Position numbers and translations under genes: made by a program. Below the pieces are notes generated by a model that saw nothing but the letters and a program-made list of their open reading frames with translations, was not told the origin of the DNA and did not search any database. Below are positions 27,101-47,599 of a stretch of 64,000 nucleotides of DNA, piece by piece (the first letter of the stretch is position 1; the number at the start of each line of letters is the position of its first letter). This DNA is from Zygnema circumcarinatum SAG 698-1b (Eukaryota; Plantae; Zygnematophyceae), in the NCBI GenBank assembly GCA_037447605.1, contig CM074804.1:3697909-3761908 (forward strand), written 5' to 3'.

Positions 27101-29818
27101 GATTCAATGTAGGCAAAACGGTGACAGACTATCTCACTGGATCAAAAGAAGGAATGGCAGTTAACAAATCTGAACAGGACAGAATTTCATGCTCTCACCT
27201 GTTCAGCGTCTGAGCGAATTGATTCGAGGAAGCTCACTGGATCAGCAAACTCTTCATCCGAAGGATTATATACCTGCTCTCCCAACACAACAAATCAGCA
27301 ATGATCGTAAACTTCGCATTAAAACACCGAAACAATCGTTCAATAGAAACACATGGAGAAGTGTAATTAGGCAGCATTTCTCAGATAAGTGTCAAGCCCA
27401 GGTAAAAGCCATTTCAACCGTTCATAAGTCGCTTTCACGCAGAAAGACTTTGTGACAGTCCTTCCGGTAATGGTTGTCCTTTGTCTCTTTCCATTTTTCC
27501 TTAGATAAATTGTTTGGCAGCAACCTTCCTCAATCTATCTAATGTATCTGAGCCCTAGTACGGTAACAATACCATTCGATGTTGCTACTAGAGACACGTC
27601 ACCACTCACAGGTGCCTCGTTGATGAGGTTAAAAGTCGACTGCTCCCTGCGAGTGATGGCCAGTGAGTTCGAAAGAGCACGACGCAGCATGGCCTGCACC
27701 AAGATGGCGTCATGAAATAAAAAGAAAGACTAAACTTTTGAAAGACTGCAAAAACTTGAATGGCACCGCAAATCTCACAGCTGTAACTCCGGCATGTAAG
27801 TTTCTGCAACCACATTAGGGTCGGAACACTACGTTCGTCATTCGCTCCGACATAGAAATATGCGTGATAACAGACATACATAAAGCTATGCAGGCTTTAC
27901 TTCTTCTCTATATTGCGTTCGCCTATTAGTCGTATTGGAGTAATAGCTACAGATTAGCAATTTCCAATCACATCACCACAAACACAGATGTGAGCTCGTT
28001 CTCATCATGCTAAGCGGGCACGATGAGCAAGCGAAATATGGTCATTGAGCAAGCTGAGGAAACTTCAGTGCCCCAGGCATGCTCAAGGAATCCTGAAACG
28101 GAGATAACTCGATCCCTAGCTTGCTGGAAGGAGGCCCTTCCTCTTAAACGCTGAGTAGCCATTTCTCATCAGTGACATCGCTTCTGAGCTCACTGAGTTC
28201 CACTAGCTGCTAGGAGTTATACCAGCCTAATGCAACACATCATCACGACAGAAAAGATCAGGAACGGAAAGAGTATGGCATGGATACCTCCTCCTCCTTG
28301 GATGGCATGTCCATGACAGCAGGTCGCCTTTTCACTCGCCTCGTTCTGCAAGGCTGTTGCTCTTGATCTTGTGCAGCGTTCTCCCAAGAACCTTCATGTC
28401 CAGTTTTTGCCCCATCACGTGCGCCTTCAGATTTACCAGAGCCCGTTTCTGATATTCTACCTAAATGGACGTCTGCAGAAGTCTTTAAGACAATCTCCGG
28501 ACGCGGAAGGGATGACACGTGTTCTGCATGTAGTTCGTCCTGTTCAATCAAGCTTCCAGTCACTGATGCATGGCCAAGAGTATCTAATGCCGCTGCATTT
28601 GATTTTTGCCATTCTTTAACCTGCAAAGGACGAGCCGTAACCCCGCTTATTGTAACAAGTTGCGAAGAAAGACATAACTTAGTAACAGCAGACGGGATTG
28701 GCCCCTCTTCGTGTTTCACAGGGATCGTTGAAAGACCAAGGCATCATCTTAAAAAGATACATTGCCAAAAAAATGGCAGTGTGTTGCTCTTCGGTACACA
28801 TTAGTTGAAAAATCGCCTAAGCGAAGGTTTTTTGGCTGAGTACTTGCTGACATGCTGACTTACTCCGCTCTCACTTTTCTCGAACAATGACAAATGCTGC
28901 TATCAGAGCCTCACCTCTAGGTTGTTTAACGACACGCCTTGTAGTTCAGATGGGGGTTTCCTTTTCCGTGCAATGGTTGCCTTAGCTGACACCTTCCGCC
29001 GTTTCACCCTCTGCTGCCCTGAATTTGGATCGCATACATCCTCACTTCTAGTCTCTTCAGACGGTAACTCTAGCTCACTAGACCTCCGAGTTGACCCCAA
29101 TGCACCATGGGGAGTCAGCCCCGACTTCGCCTCCAATGTGGAGACCTGAGAAGTAGAGATGTCTGCACTTTTTGATTGCTCAGCTTGCTGCCAAGTCATC
29201 GCTATCGAATCAGCTATTGCTCTCCGAAGCATCATCTGCAAAACAGTTTAGTTACCTTAGCTCAGGAGATATTTCGAAGGCTGGGCAATAACGAAAACCT
29301 TTGACACGCATGAGCATGAAAGCAGGACATTGTACAGAATGTGAAATGCACCTCCTCTGCGCTAATTCAGTTCACAATGCAACAGTACCCTGATGGAAAA
29401 AAATGATTTCGGATGTCAAGCAATAAAGTTTATGAAAGTGCATTTCTCCCTCTACCTCAGACCAATTATGAGCGTTGCTGATACCTATGTTCAACATAAA
29501 TTAAGATCCAACCATCTTAAACTCCAGAACGCAATCGCAGAAGAAATAAAGAGCGAAAACTTCTTCAAATGAGGTGCATTCTACCTCTTCTGCCCATGTT
29601 GATGCTTCTAACTTGGCAGGAAAGCGCATGGCATTGCTCGCTCGACATTGCCTCTGTCTCGGCATTCCTTTCTCCTCCCCCAGAGAGGGAGTGCAAGGAG
29701 AACTCGCCAGCTCGTCATGTTCCTTCCTCCTCGTAGCAGCCGCCATAGCCACCACCCTCCTCTGCGGCACAGCCTTCCTGCAGCTCGCTCGCCCGCCCTG
29801 TGCCTTCAGGCCCTCCAT
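21178..29818 (-). CDS. KDM5/JARID1-like JmjC histone demethylase: two UIM-like motifs, JmjN, JmjC, C5HC2 zinc finger and a short PLU-1-like segment; no ARID or PHD seen
   Basis: JmjN EAP/VYNPSDEEFADPVSFLESIRSDAEQ/YGVCKVIPPEGW. Then [69 protein letters not shown] and [23 protein letters not shown], with the Fe-binding H-x-E...H intact. C5HC2 reads CAVC...CGC...CLQHFCSC, followed by AEEFMWGGSDMDAVR. The start (29818) and last exon (stop at 21178) are best guesses. Confidence 0.9.
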
Positions 29819-30129
29819 GATCGTGGCTCTAACCGGACTGCCATCCTAACCTTAGCCCTAGCTCTTTCCATCTAACCCTAACGACAGAATCCCACCTCCA
29901 CCTAACCCTAATTTCTGGACAGCCGTCAGACCAGCGTCAGGCGCTGATCTGTACTGCGTACGCTTTGCTGTGACCGCTAACCCTTCCTCAGTGCAGTGCG
30001 AGTCGCCGTCAAACGCTTTCTCTCCACGGAACGGTCGTCCACTGCGGCTCCAGCCTTGGCCGGGCGGCCAGCCCCTCTACTGGAGGCACTCTCGCAAAGG
30101 AAAGGTTTGAGGATTATACAAAAGCAGCC
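29819..30129. promoter_or_regulatory. 311-bp divergent (head-to-head) intergenic region between the JmjC and C2HC genes, with several CTAACCCTAA telo-box-like units
   Basis: ATGs at 29818 (-) and 30130 (+). CTAACCCTAA at 29872-29881 and 29902-29911, with degenerate units near 29845-29861 and 29976. Confidence 0.5.
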
Positions 30130-31520
30130 ATGGCGTTTGCACGTGCGGACGTGACGAGCAGTGAGGTAGCGGAGCTTCTGGCGATGGCGAGACGGAAGCT
30201 CAGTGAAGGGCAGCCATCTCTAGCTTTGCAAGCTGTAAGCTTGCTCACTCCAGACGGTTTCTTGGGACTAGAGCTTATCTCATGATATTCGTTTTTTTTT
30301 TTTTTTTGAATTTGGAAATTTGCGTGGTTTGGAAGCAGGGTGCAACTTTGTTCAATAGGATTTCAGGTCAACTGAGTGGAAAAAAGTGTCAATAAGTTGT
30401 TTGCGCTTTTACTCTCTCTTACCGCCAGTGAAAGGGTTTGAGCTTTCGGAAACGTAATTTTGTCGTGCTTTTCGTAGGCTACTGTCATCTGAACGACTGT
30501 GAGCTAAACATGGATAGAGAACTTGTTTGACGTACCAGGTTCTGTAGCTGTTTGTGCAATTCGGTTACGACTTGCAAAAGAGGAAGGGTGATGGCTGATG
30601 CGGGTGAATGGGTGATGCTGTTCTTTTTCTTAGAGTAGAAAAACCTTAGCCTTAGCTTTCTATTTCTAGGAAATAGAAAGAAACTTTCAGAGGGTTTCAA
30701 TGGCGCCGTCTTGGAGTTTTTTTCGGTGGTTGTTTCTGGATGTGTTCAGTCCTATCTCGTCAGATATTACATTGATCCGGAGCTTGTTCCTTATTTTTAT
30801 TTTCAGCCTTTGTTGCTTCATTGCCACGACGCTTTTCAAATGAGTTTCATGAATAGCTGTAACGAAGTTGACCTTGAAAAAGGATTTGGACCACAATAGG
30901 CTGGAAAAAAAAAATGCGCTAATGTGAAAGTGCTTTCTGAATATGAGCAGGTTGTGGCTGCACTACGAGCGCAGGGCGGTGAAGGTGCCGTGGTAGCGGC
31001 TCTGCACCGCGCTCGCACCGCGTATCACAATGGCATCGATAATTCCCCGGAGACAGATGAGCTCGCAGCACTCTTCGCACAGTGTGCTTTGGCAGAAGTT
31101 AGAAGTTCCGACCACTTCTTGCAAGGGCAGGGTTCAGGCTCTCCGACTGCAACAGTGATGAACGGTCATTTGCCGGAACATGGAGATAGCGCAGCATTCA
31201 GGAGAGAGGACGATATGGAGCTTTGCTCGGCCTTTCAACAATCGGCACCACCGAGTTCTATGCCTCAGGATGTGCAGTTTGCAGAGTTTCGTGCACGATA
31301 TGGTGGGCCCTTAGGGAACAGTGGCAGCAATATTGCTAGTGATCGAGAGGAAGAAACAATGCCATGCAGCCAGATACCGATTCTTGCAGAAAATGGCCGA
31401 ATGCAACTGATGGTGGATGCTGCAGCCGACGGCAGCAGCTTCCTTTGCCCCCGCTGCCAAGGATTGGTGAAGCTGCAGCGACGGGATGAGCATTTTCAGT
31501 ACTGGTGTTCCGGGTCCTGA
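30130..31520 (+). CDS. Small conserved plant protein with C-terminal C2HC zinc finger (2 exons: 30130-30234, 30951-31520)
   Basis: MAFARADVTSSEVAELLAMARRKLSEGQPSLALQA|GTAAGC joins CAG|VVAALRAQGGEGAVVAALHRAR. The C-terminus ILAENGRMQLMVDAAADGSSFLCPRCQGLVKLQRRDEHFQYWC has C-x2-C...H-x4-C. Confidence 0.75.
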
Positions 31521-32858
31521 GAAGCAGCCAGGTCTTACAGCCGGCATAGAAAAGCCTGTTGTTAGCTCATTTTCTTCATTTTTTTTGTTTTTTTTTTTTT
31601 TGCATTCTTTTTGAGCTGGACAGGTTGTTGACAAATTGTATAGTCGTTTACTTAAAAGAGGGCACTGTCTGGGCGAATTTGTTGCGAGTGAGATAGGAGA
31701 GGCGAGTCACTCTCCGTTCATTTAGAACGGGATGTTTTCTTTGTTAAGTTGCTTTGGCACGCACCTATCTAAAGTTCTCCTGTTTGACGGCACACATTGT
31801 ATCAGCAAACCGACACATAGTGGTGTGATGAACTCTTTTGATTTCTATTTACGTCTTGAGTTGTGCTCTTCTGCACCAGGTTCCTCTCTATGACGGCTGC
31901 TCCTTGCCTGCTTCCCGCTGCCCTGCACCTCCTCGCCTCCACGAGCGGCTCAGGAGACCACTGAGAGAAAAAGACCATGAAGGCCCTTGGCATGTATACG
32001 AACGATAGGCTTAGTACTATACTTATACAGTCCAGCACCAAATATCTGAACGCCTTTCTTATGGATGTATGGCTCGGCAATCACATTCAAACCCTCCGCC
32101 ATACATGAAGTTGTCGGAGAGTTCGAACTTGAAAGTTCCTTGACACGCATGCCTAACAGCGCTTCCCTTGGGTCAGGCACAGAGGCCTCACTTTTGGCGA
32201 GTGCACTCGTCGAAAGCAAAGTGGAAAAATGTGGGAGAACCATGGCTTAGGCGCTGACATGAAACCCACAGAGTACGATGGAACACATCATGATCACGTC
32301 TCTAAGTGTCAACTGAGGAGACGTACAGTTTGTTTTGTTACACCAGTTTTACTCCGTTCTCTCATTCTGTACAACAAAGTCCTATTTTTTCCTTGGAGTG
32401 CTGTGGCCGATACTGCGCACTTTGGCACAGCCTATCTTCTGTGCTTTATAAGCAGCCCCGCCCAGAGGAAGGCCGCAAGAATCCAGACCAGCTGGTCCAC
32501 GCTGCTTAACTTGACTTTCTCTTTTCCTGAAGACATGCGGAGCATGACGAATGCCGAAGAGAAGCTTAAAGGTGCGTGCTTCCTTAGATTCCACAGAGGA
32601 GTTCAAGAATCCACGCCTTCCTTGTTCTGAGCCTTCCTTCTGGACGCTTCCTTTGCAGCTCTGCGGAGCTTGTTCGCTACTTCTTCTCCTGACTGTGCCA
32701 CCATGCTCGCAAAAACGCCCTCATCATCTGCAGCTCCCCCTCCCAAGTCCTGTCAGATGAACTGGTAAGGAAGGCATCAACCGGACAGACCCAGCAGCTG
32801 ACTCGATCCTCCTGCAGGAAAGGTCCATTCACAGTGAAGCAGATTTCCATGGCAGCAC

Positions 32859-41131
<8,273 letters not shown>

Positions 41132-41469
41132 GACGTATAGTTATTAATTTAATATGCTTCCAACCTTCCCTTCAAAGAGATTCACTTAATCCACTGCTAT
41201 TATGGCTAAATTAGTAAAAGAGCCAAAAAGCAAGCTCTCGTATGGGCATACTATACGGAGCCATGACAGCCCAAACAGTTCCAATCTCTGAAGAGTGTGC
41301 AGGGCATACTGTACTCCAAGCATAGTCCTATGTGAAAGAATGATTTGTATTGGTCTCACGATGTCGACGCAATCAGAACTCCGTAGCGAACGCATTAGCA
41401 GGAACCAACATGAAAACGTAAACAATAACTGAAACGTGGAAAGTGACGGGCTATTGGCTGGCCAGGCTG

Positions 41470-41482
41470 GCAGGCAGGCATG

Positions 41483-41526
<44 letters not shown>

Positions 41527-41539
41527 TAGGCAGGCAGGC
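41470..41539. repeat. (CAGG)n tetranucleotide microsatellite in the ABCC 5' region
   Basis: About 17 CAGG units read directly; source of the GRQA/PACL ORFs. Confidence 0.9.
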
Positions 41540-43322
41540 CGTGCGCCGTCCCCTCATGCAACAGGCGCAGCAGCCTGCAGCCTGCAGCTGCGAGCGAGGC
41601 GAGGCGCGACCAGACACACGGCCGAGGGAGGGGAGAGGAGAGGGGTGAGGAGTCCGGGCCGGGCCTGTACGGCGCGTGGCGGGGCAGCACCGGCTCTCGC
41701 CGCGCCACGCAGCGGGACCTCCAACATTGCGGGGCGCTAACTGCGTGCGCTACCGGACAGGCCGAATATGCGGGACACTCCGATTTTGCCACATGGCCCA
41801 CTCACTTTCCGCCACGTGTTGCACAGTCTGAACTGAGGCCCGGGCGGGCGGGCGGGCGGGCTGGCGGGAAACCAGCTGTTGGGCAGGCTTGGGCGTTACC
41901 TCTCGGCGGCGCAACCTCTCGGCGGCGCAACCGCTCTCTCGCTCCCTCTCTCTCTCTCTCGCTCGATTGCCAGCGGGAGGCGGCATGACTGCCAAATATA
42001 TATATATATATATATTTTTTGCGTTGCCGTACAGGCAACGCTTTCCGGTCGTTAGATTGTACGGATGCAAGCATTAATTAAGGGCATTTCTTGGATCGAT
42101 TGTGCGAGCGAATGGGGTATTAAATGGTACGGTAAGGATGGGAGGATGGTAACAGAGGGGAAGCGAGAGGGGATAAAAGATTGGAAAGGAGTGATTGTCA
42201 AGTGTTAGATTCCAAGTTCCAAATGAACGGTTCTTACAATTAACAATGGTTCATTAAACGAAAACATTACAAGACACGCATGGCTTCCCTCTCTTGGCTG
42301 TCAAGAATATGGTTGGCTTGATTATGTTCGCATGGCCACTTTATGCACGACTTTATCCTATCTTGGTATGTTCATCGTGTGCTACAAATGATGTTCATAT
42401 CACATCGAGTTCACATGCACAATCCCTAGCATGAGCATGCACGACTAAGGGTGAAAATTTTGTCATTTCTTCCACACACCGCGCTGGGCATGAACGCGTG
42501 GACCCCAATCGAAAGCCATCCAGCGCCGGCCCGCACCTTCACGCCCGCCCGAGCGGGCGGCCGGCGGCAGCTTCGCGGTAAATGCGCCCCGCAGGGGGCG
42601 TGACGCGAAACACGACAGACCTTTCGGCGGTCTCCTCTCCGCGCGCTTGTCGGTCGAGTTGGCTTCTTTGGTTCGAGCCGAGGGCGACAGGGCGGAGCAG
42701 CGAACCATGCCCGCGAGGCGTGCGAACACGGTCACGTCCCGATGTGCGAACAATCAGGCTCGGCACTCTATTTTGCAGGTCACAGAATAGTATGCGTGTT
42801 CGTCCGGTTGGCACCAGAACGAGTACTCCAGTAACCTCGCGATCTTTGAGCGGCGGAGTACTTTCGTAACCTTTTTTTTCGTAACGCTTGTCGTGAGATT
42901 TTGTCACCCCCTAGGGACTTTTCAAATGACGATGCCCGGCCGGCGGATGGCGGCAGGACTGGATGACGTGGCTGGTGGCACGAGGAGTTGACGTGGCAGG
43001 CGGCAGGACAGGTTGACTTTGGGGGCGGCAGGAGGATGACGTGGCGTCATACTGACGCCGTCCGCGTGTGGCCGAGGGCGGATCTGATTTGGCGACCGCG
43101 GCCGCCGGTCGCTTTCCGCGGCGTTGACTTCCCGACTCCGATACCAGATTCGGCATCGCGGTCATTAATTACCGTACGGTATCAGTCCTCTTCCAGTACA
43201 GTAACCACATTTACTGATCGCCCACTTTCCGTAACTTTACGGCGAGTTGACGCGCCGTTCGCCCTGCGTCGCGTCGTCCGCGAAATGATTGGTTGGACGG
43301 CACTGGTCCTGGACCTGGACTC

Positions 43323-43376
43323 GGTTCTGGTTTTGGTTCTGGTTTTGGTTCTGGTTTTGGTTCTGGTTCTGGTTCT
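43323..43376. repeat. (GGTTCT/GGTTTT)n hexamer repeat running into a 100-N assembly gap (43386-43485)
   Basis: Read directly from the sequence. Confidence 0.85.
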
Positions 43377-44104
43377 ACCTACTACNNNNNNNNNNNNNNN
43401 NNNNNNNNNNNNNNNNNNNNNNNNNNNNNNNNNNNNNNNNNNNNNNNNNNNNNNNNNNNNNNNNNNNNNNNNNNNNNNNNNNNNNTCCAGTTACGTATTG
43501 CTCCTCCCTCCCTCCCTCCCTCCCTCCCTCCCTCCCATAAGCCCCTCAGGCCGCTTTCTTTGTAGCTCGCTCGCTCGCTCGCTCGTACCTTCCTTTCGCA
43601 CGCAGTGCACTGCAGGAGCACTGGTCTGAAAAAAAAAAAAATGTACTCTGCAGAAAGGACAGCCTTGCCGTGAAAAAACGCGAAGATTTCTATGCGCTGC
43701 TGAAGATGCTAACAAGTGAGGTCTCCTTGAAATGGAATGAATGGCATTAATCTTACGATGGCGACGCCATCAATCCTGAAAAGATTCTACGACAAGGGAA
43801 CAGAACACAAGGACAACGAAATCATCTTAGGAGGCTTAGGAGTATTTAAGCAACTGCCCCCCCTTATTGATTCCACAAAGAAGGTCGTCATGGTACAGCA
43901 CTAGGTCAGCGATGTACAAGGAGAAGCCACTTTCCGTGTCCCTTTAAAGGATAAAAAGCAAACGCATTCGAACGCCAAAGGCATTGATGGGTTCGCGGCA
44001 GCAAAGACTTCGATTATTGCCCAGGATATGCAGCTTAGCATAAGAAACGAGCATTGCGGTATCTTGGTCTAAGGTAGAACACTTCTAACCAACTGGCTCT
44101 CTGT

Positions 44105-47100
44105 TCAGTGCTTGTATGAGTTTTGATATGCTGGTGGGGGAGGGGGCAGTCCGCTTCCAAACTGGTATGCAGCGGTGGCAAATCCTCCTGAAGCGGGTGG
44201 CGGGCTGGCATATGCAGATGGCGCTGAGTATTGGTTCCCAGTCGCATAGACAATCGTTTGCGTATGCGGCAGAGACTCTGCGCCGTACAAGAAGGAATTT
44301 GCCATAGAAACAGGGCTGCCACCACTCGCTCCATATGGTCGCCCCCCCCCTGATGCTCGTCTGTCATATGTAGTACCTCCGGTGTATGTGGTTGCCACCT
44401 GCCCCCCTCCGTACAGTACGGTGCTTGCATACGCGGCACTGGGCGAGGCCTGGCCGGCATAGGGGGGCCGCGAGCCAATGACCCCCGCGCCGTACCGCGC
44501 GGACTCTCCCCCGCGGTACGCGGCCCGCTCGCGCTCCCCCGCGCTGCTCGAGTACGGGCCGTCGTTGGCGCGGGGGCGCTTGGTCTGGGCCTTTAGGGTT
44601 ACCGCCGCGCGCTTGCGGTCCGCCTTGGCCTTCTCCAACTGCTCCATGCGCTTCCTCAGAGGAGAGGACGGGTAGTGCGCTTCAATCCCATACTCCTCAA
44701 TGCACCGAATAACTGTACGCAGAGCTCCCATTTCCTTCACAGTAGACTCGTTCTGGAGAGTTAACCACATGCAAAAGCAATCAGAATCCAAAACAACTGC
44801 CTCGTTGGGCAGGATTCGTTCAGTAACAGTCTGAAGGGCCAGGAAAATGGGTGAAAAGCGAAAGATTGAACTTGACACTTGTTGCTGAGACCATAGCCAT
44901 GAAAATAACTGAAAGGAATAGTTCAGTTATGACACAAAGCCAGCACCAATGTTTGATAAACCCCGTGAAATGCACACACAAAGAAATGTCCAGCAGTCAA
45001 ACCAGATTTCGAAGGACACTAGGTTTCCCGCTGACGCGCACAGATTTACCAGGGTCCCAAACCGGTACTCACTGAAATACGCGGACACAATGCCAGTCAT
45101 CAATCCGTCAGTCACATTTGAGTATTCAAGTTCATTCAAAACCTCAATAACTACATGCTGATGATGTCACCTGTGCAGCAGCAGAACCATTTCCATTTTT
45201 GAAAATAATCGTCGCCGCCTTCTTGGCCTCCTTCAAGTATCCTTTGAGCATGGGGACAGGCTGAACACGATCCATGATGCCAAACTCATGGGCGAACCGA
45301 AGAGCCTCCACCTGCTTGCCCTCTTTTGCCAGGCGATCGACAAGCTCTGCCACCAAATGTAAACCATTACACCGAAGAGACTTCTGGTTCAATTTCTGGA
45401 TAAAACTATTCATGCCAGCGTCAACTAGCCATGCGTGACCTGATACAGCTGGTTAGATTATTAATTAATTAAGATAAATTATCTTCATCCACCAAACGCA
45501 AAGTGCGGCTAAGTCTGAGACTTCATGTTGAAAGCCAGAGATGATTCCTCTTGTTTCAAAAGAGGTAATCCTGTCCCTCCGACCTACACGGCTGAAAAAA
45601 TGATAGCACAGATAAGAAAATCTGTAATCGGGCATACAATGCCCTGACAACGAGTTTGTTCGAAATCGCCCTCCTAGCCTCCCCACAGAAGCAGTATTCT
45701 GTATGTGCATACCAGTTTGATTTAGGATAGTGGGGCCCACCCGAATTCTATTGAGGGCACAATGAGCCCACCAATTTTACAAAGAAGGGATTGCAAGAGT
45801 TGCAATCCAGAAAGAAATGCTTGCCCACTCGGCTGTGCAATAGTCAGAAATTGTCAAAAAGGTCATGTTATACATTCTGTGAGTATGGCGATAGTGCCTC
45901 CGCCTAAAATGTTATCTGGCGGGTCAGGCGCCAACGAACCTGGCATCTTGTCGGCCAAGCCAAGAGAATGGCACAGCACAGTCGACTGCTTGCGTCGTGC
46001 AATGAGGGTAACATATTTGCAAAGCTCATCAACCGAGTACTGTCCTGCGATTCCAAATGTCGCCAACAGCTGTAGGATGGCCTGCGCATCTAGGGTGGCA
46101 ATCTCGTCTGGCCCAAGCCCGGCTGCAATCCAGCGATCAGCAACCTTCTTGGCCACAGCCTGCACTGTTGCAGGGACCACGTGCGGTTTTGGCCCCTGGC
46201 CGCTCTCAGCCAGAGGTGCGAGACACTCCAGGAAGGTGATGCACACTCGGCGCACAGCGGGGCCATTGCCCGAGGTGTCCTTTTCCCCACTTGTGGCGTC
46301 GGGATAGCTCTCCAAGATGCTCAGCACCAAGGAAGCGGGGTCAATGGCGTGCTGCAAGGCAGCAGGAAGCTCGGCCCTCAGGGCCGGCGTTTCCTTGCGC
46401 TTAGAAAGGAAGAGCTTCAACAGGCCCTCGCCATCCATACTCTCGCAAAGAGCTGTAAGCTCAGGTCGTACCTTCACTTCTGGTCCCCACTTTGCACCCC
46501 CTTCCACAGCCACCCCCGCAACTGCGGTGGCAACAGTAGCAGGAGGAGCAGCTGCGAACCCTTTCCCCTTCGAGCCTCCTTCTGCAACCTCAACTGATGT
46601 TGCAGCAACTTCGCTGGTGACTTTCTCAGCACTCCCTATCCCAGAACTCTTCCCATTCACAGCAAGCTTCACCTTCGCAGGTGCGGTTTCTTCCGCTTTG
46701 CTGGGAGCTGCCACACCGTCGTTGCTCGAATCCACCAGAACTTCTGCAGACCCCATCTTCTCAGGAGCTCTCGTGGTTTCAGCCTCACTTTCTGCCTTTA
46801 TCGCTACCTCCCTCTTTCGCTTCTCGTCGGTTACGGCAGCAATGGCCGCATCTTTCAGCTCCTGTACTCGCTGCGCTGCTGCCGCCTCCTTCATCGTTAT
46901 CTCGGCCTCTCTCCGCTCTAGAGCTTGCAACTTCAACTTGGTTGTGTTCTCTAACGCCTTTTCCCTCCCTGCCAGGGCAGCCTCCTTCTCTTTACACTCG
47001 CTCTCCCGCATACTCCAAAAGTCATCCAATTCCTTCCAATTAAGTGTAAACCGCTCCAAAGCTACCCTCTGTGCCTCCAGAGCGTCAAAGGCGTCCTGCA

Positions 47101-47266
47101 GCCTTACCTTTTTGGATTCCAAATCGACTCCATTCTTACAGAGAGCGGAAGAATGAGCATGAATGGAAAACGGAGAGGGAGAGGAAGCATCCTCGCCGAC
47201 TTGGGCGCCTGAAGCCGCCTGCCGCGACACTTCCGGATCCGCCATGGCTACCGTTTCCCCTCCCAT
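44105..47266 (-). CDS. FRL: FRIGIDA-like protein (FRL family; 3 exons)
   Basis: Exon 1 (to 45934) has a coiled coil (ALERFTLNWKELDDF), LCESMDGEGLLKFL, LPAALQHAIDPASLVL, RRVCITFLE, AQAILQLLATFGI and RRKQSTVLCHSLGLADKMP. Exon 2 (about 45352-45173) reads ELVDRLAKEGKQVEALRFAHEFG...PVPMLKGYL. Exon 3 reads KEMGALRTVIRCIEEY...LRKRMEQLEKAKADRKR...KRPRAN, then a Y/G/S-rich tail. Start ATG is 47266 or 47245. Confidence 0.88.
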
Positions 47267-47599
47267 CTGTAGCTTTCCCACCCCTCTCGCCCACGGCCTG
47301 GGCCAGAGAGGTCAAGCTGGCTCCATGCAGGCCGGCAGACACACAGCAGAATCCATGCTGGCCCGTTCCGTGGTCGTGAAACTAGCCCCGAACGACCTGT
47401 TCCATGTGCGCCCTGGACGGGACCGTACAGTACCGTACTGCATCGCCGCACTTCATATCGCTCAAATATCGAATTGCAATCGATTTTCCTCACCGACAAT
47501 ATCGCATGATATCGATATTGAATCCGTACGGCGAGGTTTGGTTTGGAATCTGGATGATGACATCACACGAGGCGACGCGATACGGACGCGGAGAGGGCG

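Noticed and set aside
42447-42910. Possible MITE with GGGTGA(A/C)AAA ends
   Set aside because: Only about 11 bp of imperfect terminal match and no TSD found.
46317-47156. 279-aa plus-strand ORF
   Set aside because: Antisense shadow of the long FRL exon 1.
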